A stretch of DNA of 64,000 bases from Opitutales bacterium (GTDB lineage Bacteria > Verrucomicrobiota > Verrucomicrobiia > Opitutales > UBA2987), in NCBI GenBank assembly GCA_965226885.1, contig CBDDEL010000015.1, forward strand, positions 448,001 through 512,000, in the 5' to 3' direction. This document shows positions 31,250 through 41,276 of the stretch, piece after piece. Under the pieces are notes generated by a model. The model did no database searches. It was not told where the DNA came from and saw only the letters and a list, made by a program, of their open reading frames with translations. Numbering within the stretch: the first letter of the stretch is position 1; each line of letters opens with the position of its first letter. Position numbers and translations under genes: made by a program.

Positions 31250-32323
31250 TCATTGGGTTAAAAGGATTCTGCTCTGCCGGTATTCTTTTAACTGGCGCTG
31301 GACTTCGTCGAACATCTCGGCGGGAACGATATTTCCGCGAACATAATCGTAAACTTTCTCCGCCTCTTGCCGCCACAGGGTTTCCACCTCGACCGAGACC
31401 GGCTGAACTTTCATTCCCCATTTATTTTGCATGGCTAGCACCGACTCAACGCTTTCCCGACGACCAGCCGATTTGATTTCCCGTCCGGCCACTCGAGCGG
31501 ATTTCACCATTTCCATGCGTATGGGAAAGGGTATTTCCTCCCAAGCTTTTTGAGTGATTACGAGCGCGCCTATGAGGGGCGCCCATTTGAGCTCAAGCAT
31601 GTTCGGGGCGGGCATATAAACTTGGGTGGCCAGGGCTATGGCGGGAGGCATGGGGGCGGCGTTGATAAGGCCGGTTTGCATGCTGGTAAGAATATCGTTG
31701 GCTTCCAGCGGCACCACGGTAAATCCAGCTGCCCTGAAAGTGTCGGACGTGGCCGTATTTCCAATCCAGGTGAAAAGCTTTGTTTTCCGCACATCATCCG
31801 GCGTAATTACAGGATTCTTGGTAAGGAAGCGTACCCAGCCCATATCCGCCCAAAATAGTGCAATGAAGCCTTTTTCCCGCATTCTTTTTTCCAGCATGGG
31901 GCGCAGTTTTTCGCTCACGTAATCGACCTCGTCGAGGTTTCGAAACATCATGGGCATAAACTGCAGGCCCGATACCGACGGCTCGATCTCACTGAGGCCG
32001 GTGACAGTGAGCAGACCCGCCTGGATCTGATTGACCCGCATTCGGTCGACCATGGCGGCTTCCCCTCCCTGTATGCTGCCGGGATAAATAATCAATTCAA
32101 CCGAACCGCCGGAGACTTGCCGCCAGGCCTGTCCCATACGCTGCAGGGATCGATGAAAGGAGGCATCTTTGGGTGCTATGGTCGTGAGCCTGATGCGGTG
32201 TTCGGCGGCACGGACTTCAGCCTGAAATGGATCCGCAAAAACAATTGCAAGCGCCATAATACCGAATCTAAGAATGGAAGTTCGGGCAATGGGACTGTAT
32301 CTTTTATAAGTATGAGTATTCAT
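31250..32323 (-). CDS. dctP: TRAP substrate-binding protein DctP (TatP type)
   Basis: TIAPKD, IYPGSIQGGE, SMQTGLIN; lies between tatT-like and dctQM genes. Confidence 0.85.
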   Translation of the reverse strand: MNTHTYKRYSPIARTSILRFGIMALAIVFADPFQAEVRAAEHRIRLTTIAPKDASFHRSLQRMGQAWRQVSGGSVELIIYPGSIQGGEAAMVDRMRVNQIQAGLLTVTGLSEIEPSVSGLQFMPMMFRNLDEVDYVSEKLRPMLEKRMREKGFIALFWADMGWVRFLTKNPVITPDDVRKTKLFTWIGNTATSDTFRAAGFTVVPLEANDILTSMQTGLINAAPMPPAIALATQVYMPAPNMLELKWAPLIGALVITQKAWEEIPFPIRMEMVKSARVAGREIKSAGRRESVESVLAMQNKWGMKVQPVSVEVETLWRQEAEKVYDYVRGNIVPAEMFDEVQRQLKEYRQSRILLTQ

Positions 32324-32358
32324 TTTTAATTCTCCGTAGGGATTTTTTTTCAAATACT

Positions 32359-33341
32359 TTAATCGAGAAAATAACGATCAACCCGATCCAGGAGCCACCG
32401 GGCGCGTCGTTGATAGATGAGGTTGGCCAGGCGCCACTCGGGATGAACGTCCGTATTGACGGCGATCGCTTTGCGCAGCAATCTCTCAAATTCAACGCGA
32501 TTCTGGTTGGGAATGGACACCGACTCGGCCAGTGAAATATGGGGAGAAGCCTGATACCCACCGTTAAGCTCTACCGCCCGGGCATAATGGCGCCGGGCCC
32601 GAACTTCGGGCAAATCGGGATGATCGAGGCGAAGCATTTCGTAGGTGATGAGGAAACCATGAATGGCGCCACTATCGTAGGATTCATCCAATTCGAGCGC
32701 TCTATCGATGAGCGCCTGCACAATCGGCAAATCGCCGATCAAGTCAGGGTCATTCTTGGCCAATCCAATCGTGGCCAGCCAGGCGTAAGCCGTCCAAAAA
32801 AGAAGTGGGACATCCTTTTTATTTGCCTGTTTTACTGCCTCGACGGGATTCGTCCACAATTCTGCTTCAAAATTGCGGTGGCTGGCCTCAAGCCCTCTCA
32901 GGCCGTAGTTACGCGCTCGCAGGTAAAGTCGCCGGGCCCGGTCGCGAAGAGCGAAGGCCGCCTCCAGATCGGTGTTTTCAAGATCATCGGCCTCCAGTTG
33001 GACATAGACATAACCGTATTGGGTAAAACCGCTGGCCAGGGCATAGAGGAGACCTTTGTGATGGGGAACCTGATCGAGGAGCGTTCGAGGAGCGTTTCCA
33101 TCAATTTCAAGCTGAAAGGGATAGCCGCGCCCACAAATTCGGGATCGTCGTCCGAGGTGAAAGTCGTACCGCCCTCGGCCAGGGCATCGGCCATCTTGCT
33201 GACGGCAACTTTTTTTAGGGTTGCACACCCGCTCGCCAAAATGGCCAGCAGCGCTAAAGCAAAGCCGATTTTAATTTTCCGAGGTAAATGCAGAGTGAAG
33301 GTTGAGCAAACATTTTTCATCGGGGATTTTTTGCCTCCCAT
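32359..33341 (-). pseudogene. TRAP-associated TatT-family (TPR) lipoprotein, frameshifted
   Basis: Lipobox LASGC, DDPEFVGAAIPFSLK, RALELDESY. 11-bp duplication tcgaggagcgt at 33074-33095. Confidence 0.82.
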
Positions 33342-33377
33342 GTTTAAGGATTCAATCTGAAATAGGTTCGCGCCGGC

Positions 33378-35057
33378 GGTAGTGTATTAAGTAGGAATGG
33401 TGGCTAATTCTTGATTATATTGATGAATGAAAAGTCTCAGACAGGTTTCATGCATACTCTTAAGCTTGGAAAAGGAGAGGGTTTTGCGTGTGAAACGACC
33501 CAGTCGTTGGCGCAGGGTATTGTTCCATCGTTCCACATGGGCCGTTTCACCGGTTTCTTTTCCCACGGATCGGTTATGAGGAAAGACTTCATCATAAGTG
33601 CTCCAAAAGTCGCTGTAGGTGGCACATCTTTTGTAGGCCCGTGGCAGACGCTCGTAAAGTTCCCGGCAACGATACTGAAGTGGACGGGGTTGTTTGGACA
33701 ATTTTGACGTGGGATTAAGGTGGAAATCGTGTTCATATTATTTTTTAAAAATATATTTTGTCCTTAGCCAAAGACGGGCACGCAGGTGCCCGCAAGCTGT
33801 ATTGGCGGGGAGGTTGGTTTTGCTCCGATTGCATGGACTTCGGCCGGGGTCCGGTAGCCCAGGGCTTGGTGGGGGCGCAGGTGGTTGTAGAAGTCCAGGT
33901 AGCGGGCTATCCCTTCGCTGGCTTCCTTTGCCGTGGCGTATTCGCGCAGGTAAATGTCTTCATACTTGAGGGTTCTCCAAAAGCGTTCAACAAATATGTT
34001 GTCCAGGTAGCGGCCACGCCCGTCCATGCTGATGCGCACCCCGGCTTGCCCCAGCACCGAGGTGAACTCGCTGCCGGTAAACTGGCTGCCTTGATCGGTG
34101 TTGAAGATTTGAGGTTGGGCCCGCCTCAGAGCTTCCTCCAGGGCGAGCACACAGAAGCGGCTCTCCAGGGTGTTGGAAAGCTGCCAGCTCAACACGTAGC
34201 GGCTGAACCAGTCCAACACCACGGTCAAGAAAAGGAATCCTCGGCTCAGCCGCAGGTAAGTGATGTCGCTGCACCATACCTGGTCGGGCCGCTCGACCGC
34301 CAAACCCCGCAGCAGATAAGGGAAAATGCGGTGCTGCCGGTGCCCCTGGCTCAAGTTTCGACGCGGATAAATAGCCTCCAGGCCCATTTGGCGCATGAGC
34401 CGCTGGATGCGGCCTCGTCCCACTGCATGGCCCTCTCGACGCAGCCACTGGGTCATCCGGCGAGAACCAAAAAACGGATATTGGGTGTAGAGCTCATCCA
34501 TGCGATGCATGTAGAGAACGTTCTGCTCGCACTGGGCACGGGCCCGATAGTAATAGCTGCCGCGGGCCAGCCCCAGCAACTGACATTGCCTGCCGATACT
34601 GATTTTTCCTTGAAGTGGTTGCACCATCTTGCGCCTCTCACCAACCGAATTGTTCAGACTTTTTTTTTAGCCAATCGCATTCTACTTTCAGCTTTCCAAT
34701 CTCCTGGTAAAGGTGATCTTTTTCCGTCTCGTTGTCCTTGCTGAGAGTCTGCCGCTGGCGCGAAAACAGCTCCGTTGCTCCCTGCAAAAGCTGCTTCTTC
34801 CATTGGGTCACCTGGTTGGGATGCACCTCAAAACGACCGGCGATCTCGTTGATGGTATGAGCGCCCCTGATGGCTTCCAGGGCCACTCGGGCTTTAAACT
34901 CAGCACTGTATTGTCTTCTCTTTCGTGATTTAATAACATTCATAGGTTAGCGGATTTAGTGGTTCAAGACCACCTTATTCCACTGTCCAGTTTTCCCCGT
35001 CCATTTCATACCAATCCCGAGGCCCAATGGCATAGGAGAGGATTTGACGGGTGCGTC
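33378..35057 (-). mobile_element. IS1-family copy D (right part only), interrupted by IS3-a and cut by IS21
   Basis: IRR at 33378; IS1 sequence at 33378-33675 and 35012-35057. Confidence 0.9.
33676..35008 (-). mobile_element. IS3-family element 'a', copy 2 (orfA 34638..34943, orfB 33764..34627)
   Basis: Same IRs and length as copy 1; TSD tac. Confidence 0.95.
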
Positions 35058-37551
35058 TGTAAACGCCGGGATGAAACCGGTACGGGGGTCGGGGTAAAAC
35101 CGGTACGCTTGGAATAAGGTTTAGGTTAGTAATTGCAGGTACGTCAAGGTTTAGGGTTTGGGAGTTGGTTTTGGGGATTGGCTTGGGGTCGGTGAGGAGG
35201 CCGGAGGCCGACGAGCCGGGCCCAAGGCGTTTATTGTTTTGTGCCACGGCGACGGCGTCGAGCATCGCGCAAGCGGTAGCTTTGCCCGTTGGCTTCGAGG
35301 ATATGCACCCGATGGGTGAGTCGGTCCAGCAGAGCTCCGGTGAGCCGTTCGGAACCGAGCACTTCGATCCAGTTCTCAAAGGGCAGGTTGGTGGTGACGA
35401 TGAGACTGGTGCGCTCGTAAGCGCGGCTGACCACGTCGAAGAGCAGTTCGGAACCGGTCTTGGAAAAAGGGACGTAACCGAGTTCGTCGAGGATGAGTAG
35501 GTCGAGCCTTTCGAGTTGCTTCATGAAGCGCTGCAGGTCGTGGTTGTCGCGTTGCTCGAGCATATGGGTAACCAGGGCGGTGACCCCGAAGAAACGGATC
35601 CGCCGGCCCTGGGCACAGGCGGCAAAGCCCAGGGCGGTGGCCAGGTGCGTTTTACCGGTACCGGCGTTACCGAGGAGCAGCACGTTTTCGCGCTGGTCGA
35701 CATACTCCCCGCGCATGAGCTCTCGGATGAGCGCTTCGTTGAGCGAGGGCTGCGCTTCAAAGGCGAAGCTCTCGAGGGTCTTGAGCACGGGGAAACGGGC
35801 GTTTTTGATCCGCCGCTGGGCGGCCCGCTGTTCGCGTTCAATGAGCTCCCGTTCGACCAGATGCAACAAAAAGGCGGCGTAATCGAGCCGGTCCCGGGAA
35901 CAAGCCGCGGCCACCGCCGGCCATTCGCGCAGGATGGTGGGCAACTTCAGTTTCTTGAGGTGATGGTGTAACAGCAGCTGGTTTTTTTCTTCCTTCATAA
36001 AGCCCCTCCTGGAATCTTGAGCAGTTCGCTGTAGGCACCGAGGTCAGGGGCGGCCACACGGACGTGACGCAGGTGTGGATGGCCGTCCAGCCGGAAGGTT
36101 CTGCTCCCGTAGTCTTCCTGAGGATAGAGATACTGGGCGATGGCCTCACGAGTCAGTCCCCCCACCCGCAGGGCCGAGACGACGGCCTGCTGCAAGGCCG
36201 CCATGGGGTGTTTCTCCAACAGCCGCAGCACCCGGATATACTCCCGGGTGCCTTCGCCCCCGCATTGGCTTTCGAGCCGGCGTCTGAGGACCTGCAGGCA
36301 CTGCGGCAACTGCCAGCCCGAGAGTGGGCGGGCGAAGTCCAAAGCGCCCGGTTTTTTCTCCAGCAAAGCCAGGTAGTGCACCGGCTCGAAAGAGACTTGC
36401 TCTTTATCCCAAATGCGGCGGTGCCGGGCCACCTCTTGGCCCCCACAGAAGATCACCACCTGCCGACAGGACCCTTCCACCACCACCGGATGGTGGGCGC
36501 AGCGCACCAGCGAGAGGCTGCTGACGCAGGTCGAGCGTTTGCGGCTCGCTTCAAAGGGTATGGGCGGCAACGCCAGCATGACGGCGCGCTCCTCGGCCAG
36601 CAGTTCCTTTTTCACCGCCCTTTTCCCGCGTAATTTACGCTCCATGTCCCGCTCACATGCCTCCAACAGCTTTGCGTTGAGTTCCTCCAGGTCCCGAACC
36701 TGCGGTACCGGTACCAGGAAGTTGGCCCGGGCATAACGCACGATCCCCTCGACCACGCCCTTCTCGTTGGGCCGGGCGGGCAGACAGAAGTGTTCCTCGA
36801 ACAGGTAATGGCTCTGTAGCTGCAGAAACCCGTCGGTCAGCTTGCGTTCACGCGAACCGATAATCTTACCCACCGCCACCTTCGAGTTGTCATAGCTGAT
36901 GCGCCGGGGCACCGCCCCGAAAAACTCAAAAGCTCGCAGGTGCCCCTAGGTGCCCCTCCCAGAAGCTCTCCGTGCACTCCCGTTCGAACACCTGCACGAA
37001 AAAGGCATCGCTGTAGGGCAGGCTCATGGCAAAAAATGGCCGCCTACGCAATTGCCCCGCCTCCTTCACCAGGGCATGACCGAAGTCCACCTGTCCCTCC
37101 CCGGGGCGGTGCTCCAGCGGCACGAACACTTCCCGCCGCCTCGCTCGCAGCTCGGCCACCACCTCCTTGACCGCCGTGTAGCCCCCTTGGTAGCCCTTCT
37201 CCCGACCCAAACGCTGGTAGATCCGTTTGGCCGTATGGCGCTGCTTCTTGGGCACGTTCCGGTCCGCTTTGAGCACCTCCTCGATCCAGCCCACATACGG
37301 ATCGATCTTGCGCTCTCGCCTCTTCTTGCGCCGGTCTCCCGGCGGCTGGGAATAGGCCAGCATCTTTCCCAGGGTCTCCCAGTGCAGTCCCTCTTCTCGC
37401 ATTACAGAGCGCTTGCTCTGCTTGTCCCGCAGCACTTTGTGCCGCACTCTTGTCCATTGCTTCATATCTCGATACACTCCTCCTTTCTAGGATAAGCGTA
37501 CCGGTTTTAAAGCGCCCTCTTTACCGTACCGGTTTTTCCCCGGCGTTTACA
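35058..37551 (-). mobile_element. IS21-family element, copy 2 (2494 bp; istB 35231..35998 intact)
   Basis: Same IRs as copy 1. Length equals 2517 + 10 - 33. Confidence 0.95.
35995..37477 (-). pseudogene. istA: istA pseudogene
   Basis: 10-bp duplication aggtgcccct at 36938-36957 (frameshift) and a 33-bp deletion near 36505 relative to copy 1. Confidence 0.92.
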
Positions 37552-37656
37552 ACCCTCTCCTTTTCCAAGCTTAAGAGTATGCATGAAACCTGTCTGAGAC
37601 TTTTCATTCATCAATATAATCAAGAATTAGCCACCATTCTTACTTAATACACTACC
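37552..37656 (+). mobile_element. IS1-family right-end fragment
   Basis: accctctccttttccaagc...aatacactacc matches the IS1 3' end. Confidence 0.9.
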
Positions 37657-38116
37657 CTATTTTTTATGCGTCATTATAGGTATTGGAGATTATCTAATCG
37701 TTTAAGAGGAATCCGTTTTACTAATTAATTCGAAGAATTGATCGAAACTTTGCATTTGGAAGAGGATTTTATCTTCCTTGGACTGGTCGAGGACGAGTCC
37801 AAGTGGTCCCTTTACAAGAGGGCGATCTGTTCGTACTGCCGAATTACGGGGAGAATTTCGGATTGGCGTGGCGGAAACTCTGGCTTGCGAAATGCCGGTA
37901 AGCGCGACCAAAGGAGCCCAGAGGGGTAGTTTGTCAACTCATCGTTGCGGTTGGTGGATCGAAACCGGCGTCGACCCTCTGGCTGGGGCTCTGACAAAGG
38001 CCATTTTACTGAGCGATGCGGAGCGAGCGGCGATGGTCATCGGAGGGAGGGAGTTAATTGAGGAGCGATTTTCCAACCTCAATGCGGTTCAATCAATGAT
38101 CGAGGTTTACGAATAA
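37657..38116 (+). pseudogene. Glycosyltransferase family 4 C-terminal remnant
   Basis: FLGLVEDESKW / LFVLPNYGENFG / VAETLACEMPV / GRELIEERFS lie in different frames. The 5' end is lost at the IS. Confidence 0.75.
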
Positions 38117-38220
38117 GCGCCAGGCAATGGGCCGAAGCCGGATTGTGTTTTGTTTTGAAAGATTGAATAGTTGGCGGTTTTTGTCATTAATGGGTTTTGC
38201 CGATTGAGTGGCATGGACAA

Positions 38221-38775
38221 ATGAGCGACGAATCACAGATAGATATTTCCGCCCACCGGAAGAACCTCAATTATGACAAGGGGGTTTTGCTGACCCGTGT
38301 AGCCTGGGCGTTGATAAGGCCGCTATTCAGGTTCAGTCCGCGCCATTTATACGGGTGGCGAAATTTGCTTCTGCGCTTATTCGGGGCGAAAGTCGGGCGG
38401 AAGGTGCGGATTTACCCATCGGCCAATATTTTTTATCCCTGGCAATTCAAAATCGGTGATTGGTCCACCATCGGGTGGGGGGTGGATATTTACAACCTGG
38501 GCAAAATTTCCATCGGGGCCAATGTGCTGGTATCGCATAGGGCGCATCTGTGCGCGGGTACGCATGATATTAGTAAACCCCACCTGCCCCTTCTAAGGCC
38601 GCCCATTTCCATCGGCGATGGCAGTTGGGTGTGTAGCGAGGCCTTTATCGGCCCCGGTATATCCGTCGGCCGGGGGACAGTGGTGGGAGCTCGCGCAGTG
38701 GTGGTCAAGGATGTACCGGATGGGGCGGTCGTCGCGGGAAATCCGGCCAAAATCATCAAAATGAAGCCGTTTTAA
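38221..38775 (+). CDS. WcaF-like EPS O-acetyltransferase (left-handed beta-helix)
   Basis: LLRLFGAKVG, HLCAGTHD, VGARAVV, VAGNPAK. Confidence 0.88.
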   Translation: MSDESQIDISAHRKNLNYDKGVLLTRVAWALIRPLFRFSPRHLYGWRNLLLRLFGAKVGRKVRIYPSANIFYPWQFKIGDWSTIGWGVDIYNLGKISIGANVLVSHRAHLCAGTHDISKPHLPLLRPPISIGDGSWVCSEAFIGPGISVGRGTVVGARAVVVKDVPDGAVVAGNPAKIIKMKPF

Positions 38776-38804
38776 GAGGCGCACTGAGAAAACGGTTATT
38801 TGCC

Positions 38805-40172
38805 ATGAGCAGGATATTTTTTAAGCTATTCCTCCTTTTACTGGACGTTTTATGCCTGACCGGGTTTTACGTGTTATCTCTGCGGGTGAGGTTTTCGGAA
38901 AATTTCGCCTCCTATTTCGATCCTTATGTGTTCTCTGTTTTACTCCCATCGACCATCCTGACGATAGCTGTGATCGGCGGTTACAACCGATCTATCGATA
39001 TGCGCAGTTTGCGCTTTGCCAGCGAGCATATCATCGCATCGGTCATCAATTTTTTTCTCGTTTTGTTTCTCATCTACTTTTTAACAGGCGTCATTGCGGC
39101 TCGGGCCAACGTGGCTATGGTTTTGATCGTCTTCCCACTCTGGACGCTGGGGGGACGCTATATGCTGGCCACCATGACGCGCAAAACACTGGTCAATCGG
39201 TCCCTTTACATTGTGGGCGTGGGAGAGCAAGCTGTGGATTTTTTTCATGTTCTTAAAACCAATAACTGGCCCCAAAATCTGGTCTTTTTCGATCCCACCC
39301 TGGAAAGAAAAGGGGAAAACTTGGTCAGCGGGGATTTATCATCGCCCATAATTCAAGGAGACCTGGTCGAGGCTGTGGAAACCGAGGGGCTGGAAGTGGA
39401 TTCCATTGTCATTGCTGAAAAAGCGGAGAATTTGCCTCAATCCCTTCTGGAAAAATTGGTGTCCATTCATTTCATGAAAGCCCAGGTGCAGACACTTTAC
39501 ACTTTTTTTGCCATCCATTGGAAAATGGTTCCTGTTTCCCAGGTATCACCTTATTGGGCTTTTGAAGAAGGCTTCCGGCTCAACAGCAGTTTGACTTATG
39601 AAAGGGCCAAACGAATTTTCGATATCATTTTCGCTTTGACAGGATTCCTTATCCTATGGCCGGTACTTCTGATTGTCGCCATGATGGTCAGACTGAGCAG
39701 CCCCGGCCCGGTCGTATTCAAACAAACCCGGGTGGGCCGCGATGAAAAACCATTCACCTTGTATAAATTTCGCACCATGATCGTCGGATCGGAAGAGGAG
39801 GATCTTTATACTCGGTCCGAAGATAAGCGCATCACCCGTGTCGGCTCATTCCTGAGAGTTACCCGATTGGACGAACTGCTTCAATTGTGGAATGTCCTGA
39901 GGGGCGAAATGAGTGTCATCGGGCCAAGAGCGGAATGGAAAAAAATCGTTGAAATTTACGAAAGAAAGATTCCCTTTTATCATTTTCGCCATTTGGTAAA
40001 ACCCGGCATAACGGGCTGGGCGCAGGTCAATTATCCCTATGGCGAAAACGATCGCGACGCCGTCGAAAAATTAAAATACGACCTCTATTATGTCCGCCAC
40101 TATTCGCTTTTGCTCGATTTGTCGATTTGCCTGAAAACCATATACGTCATCCTATTTGGCCTAGGACGTTAA
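38805..40172 (+). CDS. EPS biosynthesis polyprenyl glycosylphosphotransferase (priming sugar transferase)
   Basis: N-terminal TMs; KRIFD, YKFRTM, RLDEL, VKPGITGWAQV, YDLYYV. Confidence 0.92.
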   Translation: MSRIFFKLFLLLLDVLCLTGFYVLSLRVRFSENFASYFDPYVFSVLLPSTILTIAVIGGYNRSIDMRSLRFASEHIIASVINFFLVLFLIYFLTGVIAARANVAMVLIVFPLWTLGGRYMLATMTRKTLVNRSLYIVGVGEQAVDFFHVLKTNNWPQNLVFFDPTLERKGENLVSGDLSSPIIQGDLVEAVETEGLEVDSIVIAEKAENLPQSLLEKLVSIHFMKAQVQTLYTFFAIHWKMVPVSQVSPYWAFEEGFRLNSSLTYERAKRIFDIIFALTGFLILWPVLLIVAMMVRLSSPGPVVFKQTRVGRDEKPFTLYKFRTMIVGSEEEDLYTRSEDKRITRVGSFLRVTRLDELLQLWNVLRGEMSVIGPRAEWKKIVEIYERKIPFYHFRHLVKPGITGWAQVNYPYGENDRDAVEKLKYDLYYVRHYSLLLDLSICLKTIYVILFGLGR

Positions 40173-40299
40173 ACCGGCCGGATTTCTATTCTAGCCATTG
40201 GATAGTGAAAATATCTGGAAAACCCCACCTCCTTGAGATAAAGGAGATGCTTGAATTTACGAGGGTTATATTTTATTCGATGGCAATGAGGCAGCACCC

Positions 40300-40474
40300 A
40301 TGACGCTCTCCCATAAAAAGATAAAATACATTCAGCGGTTCTCTGGTAAAAAAGCGGCATCGCAAATGGCCCGTGAATTGAGGATTCCAGTGGATCAGGT
40401 GTTGGCCGTTATGGGAGGCTACATCGCAGCCAAAGCCATTCAAGAGAGAAACATTTGGGAAACCTGCGAAAACC
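40300..40474 (+). pseudogene. 5' gene fragment truncated by IS1
   Basis: MTLSHKKIKYIQRFSGKKAASQMARELRIP... runs into the IS1 end. Confidence 0.45.
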
Positions 40475-41276
40475 GGTAGTGTATTAAGTAGGAATGGTGG
40501 CTAATTCTTGATTATATTGATGAATGAAAAGTCTCAGACAGGTTTCATGCATACTCTTAAGCTTGGAAAAGGAGAGGGTTTTGCGTGTGAAACGACCCAG
40601 TCGTTGGCGCAGGGTATTGTTCCATCGTTCCACATGGGCCGTTTCACCGGTTTCTTTTCCCACGGATCGGTTATGAGGAAAGACTTCATCATAAGTGCTC
40701 CAAAAGTCGCTGTAGGTGGCACATCTTTTGTAGGCCCGTGGCAGACGCTCGTAAAGTTCCCGGCAACGATACCAATCCCGAGGCCCAATGGCATAGGAGA
40801 GGATTTGACGGGTGCGTCGGCAAAGAGCGATCCAAACCCATTGGGCATCGCTCTTGCGCCCCACAAAAGACCACAGTTCGTCCAGTTCAATGACATCATG
40901 GCGGCGGGCCGCAAGAATCGTGCTTTTGAGCGGTCGCAGCGATTGTCGTTTTTTTTAACCAACTCAAAACGGTGTTGGGACTCACCCCGAAGGCGCGCTG
41001 TAAACCGCGTAAACTGCTGCGTTCCTGATAGACTCGAAGGATCATTTCTTTTTGCTCTTCGGTGTATTTCACTGTGGGGTTTTCGCGGCTTTGTTTACCA
41101 CAATCATGGCAGCGGTAGCGCTGTTTATGGTTGGGCGTCTTGCCAAATTTAATGATATTTTCACTTCCACAGTGCCGACAATTAATAATTTTAGTAACCA
41201 TGCACTAAGAATAAACTGCCTAGCGCTATTTGTACAGCTAAAAATACAAAATAACATTCTTTTTTTATACACTACC
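40475..41276 (-). mobile_element. IS1-family copy E, full length (802 bp)
   Basis: Both IRs, insA 40896..41201, insB to 40484. Flanks cgaaaacc and cgctttgg do not match. Confidence 0.95.
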
